Program-made: the position numbers and the translations under genes
NCBI GenBank assembly: GCA_032718475.1
Contig: JAUCBJ010000331.1
Location: forward strand, 2,157-66,156
DNA: 64,000 nt
Origin: Nemertoderma westbladi
Lineage: Eukaryota > Animalia > Xenacoelomorpha
Reading direction: 5' to 3'
Part shown: piece by piece, positions 13,101-26,500 of the stretch
Layout: each line of letters begins with the position of its first letter
Position numbering within the stretch: the stretch's first letter is position 1
The notes under the pieces: model-generated
Databases searched by the model: none
The model's input: only the letters and a program-made list of their open reading frames with translations
Told to the model about the DNA's origin: nothing

Positions 13101-16100
13101 GTGTGCAGCAGGTGAGTGAACGGAATGGCGAAACATCGGTGTGCAGCAGGTGAGTGAACGGAATGGCGAAACATCGGTGTGCAGCAGGTGAGTGAACGGA
13201 ATGGCGAAACATCGGTGTGCAGCAGGTGAGTGAACGGAATGGCGAAACATTGGTGTGCAACAGGTGAGTGAACGGAATGGCGAAACATCGGTGTGCAGCA
13301 GGTGAGTGAACGGAATGGCGAAACATCGGTGTGCAGCAGGTGAGTGAACGGAGTGGCGAAACATCGGTGTGCAACAGGTGAGTGAACGGAATGGCGAAAC
13401 ATCGGTGTGCAACAGGTGAGTGAACGGAATGGCGAAACATTGGTGTGCAACAGGTGAGTGAACGGAATGGCGAAACATCGGTGTGCAGCAGGTGAGTGAA
13501 CGGAATGGCGAAACATCGGTGTGCAGCAGGTGAGTGAACGGAATGGCGAAACATTGGTGTGCAACAGGTGAGTGAACGGAATGGCGAAACATCGGTGTGC
13601 AGCAGGTGAGTGAACGGAATGGCGAAACATCGGTGTGCAACAGGTGAGTGAACGGAATGGCGAAACATCGGTGTGCAGCAGGTGAGTGAACGGAATGGCG
13701 AAACATCGGTGTGCAACAGGTGAGTGAACGGAATGGCGAAACATCGGTGTGCAACAGGTGAGTGAACGGAATGGCGAAACATCGGTGTGCAACAGGTGAG
13801 TGAACGGAATGGCGAAACATTGGTGTGCAACAGGTGAGTGAACGGAGTGGCGAAACATCGGTGTGCAGCAGGTGAGTGAACGGAATGGCGAAACATCGGT
13901 GTGCAACAGGTGAGTGAACGGAATGGCGAAACATCGGTGTGCAGCAGGTGAGTGAACGGAGTGGCGAAACATCGGTGTGCAGCAGGTGAGTGAACGGAAT
14001 GGCGAAACATCGGTGTGCAGCAGGTGAGTGAACGGAATGGCGAAACATTGGTGTGCAACAGGTGAGTGAACGGAATGGCGAAACATCGGTGTGCAGCAGG
14101 TGAGTGAACGGAATGGCGAAACATCGGTGTGCAGCAGGTGAGTGAACGGAATGGCGAAACATCGGTGTGCAACAGGTGAGTGAACGGAATGGCGAAACAT
14201 CGGTGTGCAGCAGGTGAGTGAACGGAGTGGCGAAACATCGGTGTGCAACAGGTGAGTGAACGGAGTGGCGAAACATCGGTGTGCAGCAGGTGAGTGAACG
14301 GAATGGCGAAACATCGGTGTGCAGCAGGTGAGTGAACGGAATGGCGAAACATTGGTGTGCAACAGGTGAGTGAACGGAATGGCGAAACATCGGTGTGCAG
14401 CAGGTGAGTGAACGGAATGGCGAAACATCGGTGTGCAGCAGGTGAGTGAACGGAATGGCGAAACATCGGTGTGCAACAGGTGAGTGAACGGAATGGCGAA
14501 ACATTGGTGTGCAACAGGTGAGTGAACGGAATGGCGAAACATCGGTGTGCAGCAGGTGAGTGAACGGAATGGCGAAACATTGGTGTGCAACAGGTGAGTG
14601 AACGGAATGGCGAAACATCGGTGTGCAACAGGTGAGTGAACGGAGTGGCGAAACATCGGTGTGCAGCAGGTGAGTGAACGGAATGGCGAAACATCGGTGT
14701 GCAGCAGGTGAGTGAACGGAATGGCGAAACATCGGTGTGCAACAGGTGAGTGAACGGAATGGCGAAACATTGGTGTGCAACAGGTGAGTGAACGGAATGG
14801 CGAAACATCGGTGTGCAGCAGGTGAGTGAACGGAATGGCGAAACATTGGTGTGCAACAGGTGAGTGAACGGAATGGCGAAACATCGGTGTGCAGCAGGTG
14901 AGTGAACGGAATGGCGAAACATCGGTGTGCAACAGGTGAGTGAACGGAGTGGCGAAACATCGGTGTGCAACAGGTGAGTGAACGGAATGGCGAAACATCG
15001 GTGTGCAGCAGGTGAGTGAACGGAATGGCGAAACATTGGTGTGCAACAGGTGAGTGAACGGAATGGCGAAACATCGGTGTGCAGCAGGTGTGTTAACGGA
15101 GTGGCGAAACATCGGTGTGCAACAGGTGAGTGAACGGAATGGCGAAACATCGGTGTGCAACAGGTGAGTGAACGGAGTGGCGAAACATCGGTGTGCAGCA
15201 GGTGAGTGAACGGAGTGGCGAAACATCGGTGTGCAGCAGGTGAGTGAACGGAATGGCGAAACATCGGTGTGCAGCAGGTGAGTGAACGGAATGGCGAAAC
15301 ATCGGTGTGCAGCAGGTGAGTGAACGGAATGGCGAAACATCGGTGTGCAACAGGTGAGTGAACGGAATGGCGAAACATCGGTGTGCAGCAGGTGAGTGAA
15401 CGGAATGGCGAAACATCGGTGTGCAACAGGTGAGTGAACGGAATGGCGAAACATCGGTGTGCAACAGGTGAGTGAACGGAATGGCGAAACATCGGTGTGC
15501 AACAGGTGAGTGAACGGAATGGCGAAACATCGGTGTGCAACAGGTGAGTGAACGGAATGGCGAAACATCGGTGTGCAACAGGTGAGTGAACGGAATGGCG
15601 AAACATCGGTGTGCAGCAGGTGAGTGAACGGAATGGCGAAACATTGGTGTGCAACAGGTGAGTGAACGGAATGGCGAAACATCGGTGTGCAGCAGGTGAG
15701 TGAACGGAATGGCGAAACATCGGTGTGCAACAGGTGAGTGAACGGAATGGCGAAACATCGGTGTGCAGCAGGTGAGTGAACGGAATGGCGAAACATCGGT
15801 GTGCAACAGGTGAGTGAACGGAATGGCGAAACATCGGTGTGCAACAGGTGAGTGAATGGAATGGCGAAACATCGGTGTGCAACAGGTGAGTGAACGGAAT
15901 GGCGAAACATCGGTGTGCAACAGGTGAGTGAACGGAGTGGCGAAACATCGGTGTGCAACAGGTGAGTGAACGGAGTGGCGAAACATCGGTGTGCAACAGG
16001 TGAGTGAACGGAGTGGCGAAACATTGGTGTGCAACAGGTGAGTGAACGGAGTGGCGAAACATCGGTGTGCAACAGGTGAGTGAACGGAGTGGCGAAACAT

Positions 16101-17573
16101 CGGTGTGCAACAGGTGAGTGAACGGAGTGGCGAAACATCGGTGTGCAGCAGGTGAGTGAACGGAATGGCGAAACATCGGTGTGCAACAGGTGAGTGAACG
16201 GAATGGCGAAACATCGGTGTGCAGCAGGTGAGTGAACGGAATGGCGAAACATCGGTGTGCAACAGGTGAGTGAACGGAATGGCGAAACATCGGTGTGCAA
16301 CAGGTGAGTGAACGGAATGGCGAAACATCGGTGTGCAACAGGTGAGTGAACGGAGTGGCGAAACATTGGTGTGCAACAGGTGAGTGAACGGAGTGGCGAA
16401 ACATCGGTGTGCAACAGGTGAGTGAACGGAGTGGCGAAACATCGGTGTGCAACAGGTGAGTGAACGGAGTGGCGAAACATCGGTGTGCAGCAGGTGAGTG
16501 AACGGAATGGCGAAACATCGGTGTGCAACAGGTGAGTGAACGGAATGGCGAAACATCGGTGTGCAACAGGTGAGTGAACGGAGTGGCGAAACATTGGTGT
16601 GCAACAGGTGAGTGAACGGAGTGGCGAAACATCGGTGTGCAACAGGTGAGTGAACGGAGTGGCGAAACATCGGTGTGCAACAGGTGAGTGAACGGAGTGG
16701 CGAAACATCGGTGTGCAGCAGGTGAGTGAACGGAATGGCGAAACATCGGTGTGCAACAGGTGAGTGAACGGAATGGCGAAACATCGGTGTGCAACAGGTG
16801 AGTGAACGGAGTGGCGAAACATTGGTGTGCAACAGGTGAGTGAACGGAGTGGCGAAACATCGGTGTGCAACAGGTGAGTGAACGGAGTGGCGAAACATCG
16901 GTGTGCAACAGGTGAGTGAACGGAGTGGCGAAACATCGGTGTGCAGCAGGTGAGTGAACGGAATGGCGAAACTTCGGTGTGCAGCAGGTGAGTGAACGGA
17001 ATGGCGAAACATCGGTGTGCAACAGGTGAGTGAACGGAATGGCGAAACATCGGTGTGCAACAGGTGAGTGAACGGAATGGCGAAACATCGGTGTGCAACA
17101 GGTGAGTGAACGGAGTGGCGAAACATTGGTGTGCAACAGGTGAGTGAACGGAGTGGCGAAACATCGGTGTGCAACAGGTGAGTGAACGGAGTGGCGAAAC
17201 ATCGGTGTGCAGCAGGTGAGTGAACGGAATGGCGAAACATTGGTGTGCAACAGGTGAGTGAACGGAATGGCGAAACATCGGTGTGCAACAGGTGAGTGAA
17301 CGGAGTGGCGAAACATTGGTGTGCAACAGGTGAGTGAACGGAGTGGCGAAACATCGGTGTGCAACAGGTGAGTGAACGGAGTGGCGAAACATCGGTGTGC
17401 AACAGGTGAGTGAACGGAGTGGCGAAACATCGGTGTGCAGCAGGTGAGTGAACGGAATGGCGAAACATTGGTGTGCAACAGGTGAGTGAACGGAATGGCG
17501 AAACATCGGTGTGCAGCAGGTGAGTGAACGGAGTGGCGAAACATTGGTGTGCAACAGGTGAGTGAACGGAATG
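10079..17573 (+). repeat. 38-bp tandem array (aacggaRtggcgaaacatYggtgtgcaRcaggtgagtg) x 197, derived from the exon 2/intron 2 junction
   Basis: First donor GT is at 10110 and the last at 17558. The difference, 7448 = 196 x 38, shows no net indel. The first unit is the real exon end. Confidence 0.98.
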
Positions 17574-17575
17574 AG

Positions 17576-20500
17576 TGATCCTACTTACCTACTTATGATC
17601 CTACTCAGCTACTTATGATCCTACTTACCTACTTATGATCCTACTTACCTACTTATGATCCTACTTACCTACTTATGATCCTACTTACCTACTTATGATC
17701 CTACTTACCTACTTATGATCCTACTTACCTACTTATGATCCTACTTACCTACTTATGATCCTACTTACCTACTTATGATCCTACTTACCTACTTATGATC
17801 CTACTCAGCTACTTATGATCCTACTTACCTACTTATGATCCTACTTACCTACTTATGATCCTACTCAGCTACTTATGATCCTACTTACCTACTTATGATC
17901 CTACTCAGCTACTTATGATCCTACTTACCTACTTATGATCCTACTCATCTACTTATGATCCTACTTACCTACTTATGATCCTACTTACCTACTTATGATC
18001 CTACTCTGCTACTTATGATCCTACTTACCTACTTATGATCCTACTTACCTACTTATGATCCTACTTACCTACTTATGATCCTACTTACCTACTTATGATC
18101 CTAATTACCTACTTATGATCCTACTTACCTACTTATGATCCTACTTACCTACTTATGATCCTACTCAGCTACTTATGATCCTACTTACCTACTTATGATC
18201 CTACTTACCTACTTATGATCCTACTCAGCTACTTATGATCCTACTTACCTACTTATGATCCTACTTACCTACTTATGATCCTACTTACCTACTTATGATC
18301 CTACTTACCTACTTATGATCCTACTTACCTACTTATGATCCTACTTACCTACTTATGATCCTACTCTGCTACTTATGATCCTACTTACCTACTTATGATC
18401 CTACTTACCTACTTATGATCCTACTTACCTACTTATGATCCTACTTACATACTTATGATCCTACTTACCTACTTATGATCCTACTCAGCTACTTATGATC
18501 CTACTTACCTACTTATGATCCTACCCAGCTACTTATGATCCTACTCAGCTACTTATGATCCTACATTCCTACTTATGATCCTACTCAGCTACTTATGATC
18601 CTACTTACCTACTTATGATCCTACTCAGCTACTTATGATCCTACTTACCTACTTATGATCCTACGTACCTACTTATGATCCTACTCAGCTACTTATGATC
18701 CTACTTACCTACTTATGATCCTACTCAGCTACTTATGATCCTACTTACCTACTTATGATCCTACTTACCTACTTATGATCCTACTCATCTACTTATGATC
18801 CTACTTACCTACTTATGATCCTACTTATGATCCTACTTACCTACTTATGATCCTACTTACCTACTTATGATCCTACTTACCTACTTATGATCCTACTTAC
18901 CTACTTATGATCCTACTTACCTACTTATGATCCTACTTACCTACTTATGATCCTACTTACCTACTTATGATCCTACTTACCTACTTATGATCCTACTTAC
19001 CTACTTATGATCATACTTACCTACTTATGATCCTACTTACCTACTTATGATCCTACTTACCTACTTATGATCCTACTTACCTACTTATGATCCTACTTAC
19101 CTACTTATGATCCTACTTACCTACTTATGATCCTACTTACCTACTTATGATCCTACTCATCTACTTATGATCCTAATTACCTACTTATGATCCTACTCAT
19201 CTACATATGATCCTACTTACCTACATATGATCCTACTTACCTACTTATGATCCTACTTACCTACTTATGATCCTACTTACCTACTTATGATCCTACTTAC
19301 CTACTTATGATCCTACTTACCTACTTATGATCCTACTTACCTACTTATGATCCTACTTACCTACTTATGATCCTACTTACCTACTTATGATCCTACTTAC
19401 CTACTTATGATCCTACTTACCTACTTATGATCCTACTTACCTACTTATGATCCTACTTACCTACTTATGATCCTACTTAGCTACTTATGATCCTACTTAC
19501 CTACTTATGATCCTACTTACCTACTTATGATCCTACTTACCTACTTATGATCCTACTTACCTACTTATGATCCTACTTACCTACTTATGATCCTACTTAC
19601 CTACTTATGATCCTACTTACCTACTTATGATCCTACTTACCTACTTATGATCCTACTTACCTACTTATAATCCTACTTACCTACTTATGATCCTACTTAC
19701 CTACTTATGATCCTACTTACCTACTTATGATCCCACTTACCTACTTATGATCCTACTTACCTACTTATGATCCTACTTACCTACTTATGATCCTACTCAG
19801 CTACTTATGATCCTACTTACCTACTTATGATCCTACTTACCTACTTATGATCCTACACAGCTACTTATGATCCTACTTACCTACTTATGATCCTACTTAC
19901 CTACTTATGATCCTACTTACCTACTTATGATCCTACTTACCTACTTATGATCCTACTTACCTACTTATGATCCTACTTACCTACTTATGATCCTACTTAC
20001 CTACTTATGATCCTACTTACCTACTTATGATCCTACTTACCTACTTATGATCCTACTTACCTACTTATGATCCTACTTACCTACTTATGATCCTACTCAC
20101 CTACTTATGATCCTACTTACCTACTTATGATCCTACTTACCTACTTATGATCCTACTTACCTACTTATGATCCTACTTACCTACTTATGATCCTACTTAC
20201 CTACTTATGATCCTACTTACCTACTTATGATCCTACTCACCTACTTATGATCCTACTTACCTACTTATGATCCTACTTACCTACTTATGATCCCACTTAC
20301 CTACTTATGATCCTACTTACCTACTTATGATCCTACTTACCTACTTATGATCCTACTTACCTACTTATGATCCTACTCAGCTACTTATGATCCTACTCAG
20401 CTACTTATGATCCTACTTACCTACTTATGATCCTACTTACCTACTTATGATCCTACTTACCTACTTATGATCCTACTTACCTACTTATGATCCTACTTAC

Positions 20501-23500
20501 CTACTTATGATCCTACTTACCTACTTATGATCCTACTTACCTACTTATGATCCTACTCAGCTACTTATGATCCTACTCAGCTACTTATGATCCTACTTAC
20601 CTACTTATGATCCTACTTACCTACTTATGATCCTACTTACCTACTTATGATCCTACTTACCTACTTATGATCCTACTTACCTACTTATGATCCTACTTAC
20701 CTACTTATGATCCTACTTACCTACTTATGATCCTACTCAGCTACTTATGATCCTACTTACCGACTTATGATCCTACTCAGCTACTTATGATCCTACTTAC
20801 CTACTTATGATCCTACTTACCTACTTATGATCCTACTTACCTACTTATGATCCTACTTACCTACTTATGATCCTACTTACCTACTTATGATCCTACTTAC
20901 CTACTTATGATCCTACTTACCTACTTATGATCCTACTTACCTACTTATGATCCTACTTACCTACTTATGATCCTACTTACCTACTTATGATCCTACTTAC
21001 CTACTTATGATCCTACTTACCTACTTATGATCCTACACAGCTACTTATGATCCTACTTACCTACTTATGATCCTACTTACCTACTTATGATCCTACTTAC
21101 CTACTTATGATCCTACTTACCTACTTATGATCCTACTTACCTACTTATGATCCTACTTACCTACTTATGATCCTACTTACCTACTTATGATCCTACTTAC
21201 CTACTTATGATCCTACTTACCTACTTATGATCCTACTTACCTACTTATGATCCTACTTACCTACTTATGATCCTACTCAGCTACTTATGATCCTACTTAC
21301 CTACTTATGATCCTACTTACCTACTTATGATCCTACTTACCTACTTATGATCCTACTTACCTACTTATGATCCTACTTACCTACTTATGATCCTACTTAC
21401 CTACTTATGATCCTACTTACCTACTTATGATCCTACTTACCTACTTATGATCCTACTCAGCTACTTATGATCCTACTTACCGACTTATGATCCTACTCAG
21501 CTACTTATGATCCTACTTACCTACTTATGATCCTACTTACCTACTTATGATCCTACTTACCTACTTATGATCCTACTTACCTACTTATGATCCTACTTAC
21601 ATACTTATGATCCTACTTACCTACTTATGATCCTACTTACCTACTTATGATCCTACTCAGCTACTTATGATCCTACTTACCTACTTATGATCCTACTCAG
21701 CTACTTATGATCCTACTTACCTACTTATGATCCTACATACCTACTTATGATCCTACTCAGCTACTTATGATCCTACTTACCTACTTATGATCCTACTTAC
21801 CTACTTATGATCCTACTCAGCTACTTATGATCCTACTTACCTACTTATGATCCTACTTACCTACTTATGATCCTACTTACCTACTTATGATCCTACTTAC
21901 ATACTTATGATCCTACTTACCTACTTATGATCCTACTTACCTACTTATGATCCTACTTACCTACTTATGATCCTACTTACCTACTTATGATCCTACTCAT
22001 CTACTTATGATCCTACTTACCTACTTATGATCCTACTTAGGATCCTACTTACCTACTTATGATCCTACTTACCTACTTATGATCCTACTTACCTACTTAT
22101 GATCCTACTTACCTACTTATGATCCTACTTACCTACTTATGATCCTACTTACCTACTTATGATCCTACTTACCTACTTATGATCCTACTTACCTACTTAT
22201 GATCCTACTTACCTACTTATGATCCTACTTACCTACTTATGATCCTACTTACCTACTTATGATCCTACTTACCTACTTATGATCCTACTTACCTACTTAT
22301 GATCCTACTTACCTACTTATGATCCTACTCAGCTACTTATGATCCTACTTACCTACTTATGATCCTACTCAGCTACTTATGATCCTACTTACCTACTTAT
22401 GATCCTACATACCTACTTATGATCCTACTCAGCTACTTATGATCCTACTTACCTACTTATGATCCTACTTACCTACTTATGATCCTACTCAGCTACTTAT
22501 GATCCTACTTACCTACTTATGATCCTACTTACCTACTTATGATCCTACTTACCTACTTATGATCCTACTTACATACTTATGATCCTACTTACCTACTTAT
22601 GATCCTACTTACCTACTTATGATCCTACTTACCTACTTATGATCCTACTTACCTACTTATGATCCTACTCATCTACTTATGATCCTACTTACCTACTTAT
22701 GATCCTATTTAGGATCCTACTTACCTACTTATGATCCTACTTACCTACTTATGATCCTACTTACCTACTTATGATCCTACTTACCTACTTATGATCCTAC
22801 TTACCTACTTATGATCCTACTTACCTACTTATGATCCTACTTACCTACTTATGATCCTACTTACCTACTTATGATCCTACTTACCTACTTATGATCCTAC
22901 TTACCTACTTATGATCCTACTTACCTACTTATGATCCTACTTACCTACTTATGATCCTACTCATCTACTTATGATCCTACTTACCTACTTATGATCCTAC
23001 TCATCTACTTATGATCCTACTTACCTACTTATGATCCTACTCAGCTACTTATGATCCTACTTACCTACTTATGATCCTACTTACCTACTTATGATCCTAC
23101 TTACCTACTTATGATCCTACTTACCTACTTATGATCCTACTTACCTACTTATGATCCTACTTACCTACTTATGATCCTACTTACCTACTTATGATCCTAC
23201 TCAGCTACTTATGATCCTACTTACCCACTTATGATCCTACTTACCTACTTATGATCCTACTTACCTACTTATGATCCTACTTACCTACTTATGATCCTAC
23301 TTACCTACTTATGATCCTACTCAGCTACTTATGATCCTACTTACCTACTTATGATTCTACTTACCTACTTATGATCCTACTCAGCTACTTATGATCCTAC
23401 TTACCTACTTATGATCCTACTTACCTACTTATGATCCTACTTATCTACTTATGATCCTACTTACCTACTTATGATCCTACTTACCTACTTATGATCCTAC

Positions 23501-26500
23501 TTACCTACTTATGATCCTACTTACCTACTTATGATCCTACTTACCTACTTATGATCCTACTTACCTACTTATGATCCTACTTACCTACTTATGATCCTAC
23601 TCAGCTACTTATGATCCTACTTACCTACTTATGATCCTACTTACCTACTTATGATCCTACTTACCTACTTATGATCCTACTTACCTACTTATGATCCTAC
23701 TTACCTACTTATGATCCTACTCATCTACTTATGATCCTACTTACCTACTTATGATCCTACTCATCTACTTATGATCCTACTTACCTACTTATGATCCTAC
23801 TTACCTACTTATAATCCTACTTACCTACTTATGATCCTACTCATCTACTTATGATCCTACTTACCTACTTATGATCCTACTCATCTACTTATGATCCTAC
23901 TTACCTACTTATGATCCTACTTACCTACTTATGATCCTACTCAGCTACTTATGATCCTACTTACCTACTTATGATCCTACTTACCTACTTATGATCCTAC
24001 TTACCTACTTATGATCCTACTTACCTACTTATGATCCTACTTACCTACTTATGATCCTACTTACCTACTTATGATCCTACTCATCTACTTATGATCCTAC
24101 TTACCTACTTATGATCCTACTCATCTACTTATGATCCTACTTACCTACTTACCTACGGTCACCCTTCACAAAACTCACCTGTCTAAGGAAGAGTTCCGCG
24201 ACGCTCTGTGTCTGCGCTACGGCTGGCAACCGAAGTCGCTCCCTTCTCGTTGTGTCTGTGGGGAACGATTTTCCCCTTCACACGTCCTGTCGTGCCCCAC
24301 CGGGGGTTATCCCTCGATAAGGCACAACGAGATACGCGATTTCGTTGCCGACGCGCTAACTGAAGTAGCCCACAACGTCGCAGTAGAGCCAGCACTCCAG
24401 CCTCTTAACAGGTGAGGAGTTCACCCACAGATCCACCTCCACAGAAGATCAGGCGAGGTTGGACGTCTCTGTCAGCGGGTTCTGGGGTGGCCGGTTCGAG
24501 AAGACTTACTTCGACGTCTCGGTCTACAACCCTCTAGCGGCCACCAACGCAGCCATGACCACCGAGGGCGCTTATTCCCACCACGAGGCGCGGAAACGCC
24601 TGAAGTACGAGGAGCGCATCCGAGAGGTCGAACTGTCGTCGTTTGTGCCTCTGATACTTTCAGCCTTTGGTGGTACCGCGCCAGCGATGCAACAGTTCGT
24701 TAAGCGTTTATCGCTTAAACTCTCGGATCGTCGCGACCTCAGCTACTCTGAGTGTATCTGCTGGACGCGGAGGAAGATAAGCTTCGCGCTTCTCCGCTCC
24801 AGTTTGATGTGTCTCCGTGGAGCGAGATCCGCCACCAAACGCCCTGTTTATCATCAGGTGTCCGCAGACTCGATTCGCCTGACTAACGCTGATACCAACA
24901 CCGGCTAGACTGACTGTCAGTGGTAGTCATAGGCCTCTAAACAGGCCCTTCTTTCTTTATTTATTATTTTTTTTTATTATCGGTATCGGTGTAGGAATTA
25001 TTCATTTTGTTCTATTAATAAAGTGCCTGTAAAAGAGTTATGCTGATATTGTGCAAATTATATAATAAACTAGTAACTTAAAAAAAAAAAAAAACTTACC
25101 TACTTATGATCCTACTCAGCTACTTATGATCCTACTTACCTACTTATGATCCTACTTACCTACTTATGATCCTACTTACCTACTTATGATCCTACTTACC
25201 TACTTATGATCCTACTTACCTACTTATGATCCTAATTACCTACTTATGATCCTACTTACCTACTTATGATCCTACTTACCTACTTATGATCCTACTCACC
25301 TACTTATGATCCTACTTACCTACTTATGATCCTACTTACCTACTTATGATCCTACTCAGCTACTTATGATCCTACTTACCTACTTATGATCCTACTTACC
25401 TACTTATGATCCTACTTACCTACTTATGATCCTACTTACCTACTTATGATCCTACTTACCTACTTATGATCCTACTTACCTACTTATGATCCTACTTACC
25501 TACTTATGATCCTACTTACCTACTTATGATCCTACTTACCTACTTATGATCCTACTTACCTACTTATGATCCTACTTACCTACTTATGATCCTACTTACC
25601 TACTTATGATCCTACTCATCTACTTATGATCCTACTTACCTACTTATGATCCTACTCATCTACTTATGATCCTACTTACCTACTTATGATCCTACTCAGC
25701 TACTTATGATCCTACTTACCTACTTATGATCCTACTTACCTACTTATGATATCCTACTTACCTACTTATGATCCTACTTACCTACTTATGATCCTACTTA
25801 CCTACTTATGATCCTACTTACCTACTTATGATCCTACTTACCTACTTATGATCCTACTTACCTACTTATGATCCTACTCACCTACTTATGATCCTACTTA
25901 CCTACTTATGATCCTACTTACCTACTTATGATCCTACTTACCTACTTATGATCCTACTCACCTACTTATGATCCTACTTACCTACTTATGATCCTACTCG
26001 GCTACTTATGATCCTACTTACCTACTTATGATCCTACTCATCTACTTATGATCCTACTTACCTACTTATGATCCTACTTACCTACTTATAATCCTACTTA
26101 CCTACTTATGATCCTACTCATCTACTTATGATCCTACTTACCTACTTATGATCCTACTCATCTACTTATGATCCTACTTACCTACTTATGATCCTACTTA
26201 CCTACTTATGATCCTACTCAGCTACTTATGATCCTACTTACCTACTTATGATCCTACTTACCTACTTATGATCCTACTCAGCTACTTATGATCCTACTTA
26301 CCTACTTATGATCCTACTTACCTACTTATGATCCTACTTACCTACTTATGATCCTACTTACCTACTTATGATCCTACTTACCTACTTATGATCCTACTCA
26401 GCTACTTATGATCCTACTTACCTACTTATGATCCTACATTCCTACTTACCTACTTATGATCCTACTTGCCTACTTATGATCCTACTCAGCTACTTATGAT

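Noticed and set aside
10013-17554. Giant 1668-2513 aa minus-strand ORFs
   Set aside because: They arise because the 38-bp unit has no stop on the minus strand. All three frames give the same periodic peptide, and the real coding sense is the plus-strand Cks exon.
10110-17558. Classical recursive-splicing ratchet points (AG|GT) in each unit
   Set aside because: CAG|GT is present, but units lack a polypyrimidine tract or clear branch point, so it is not called. It remains testable with nascent RNA reads.
10079-17573. CRISPR-like array
   Set aside because: Units are head-to-tail with no unique spacers, there are no cas genes, and the context is a eukaryotic intron.
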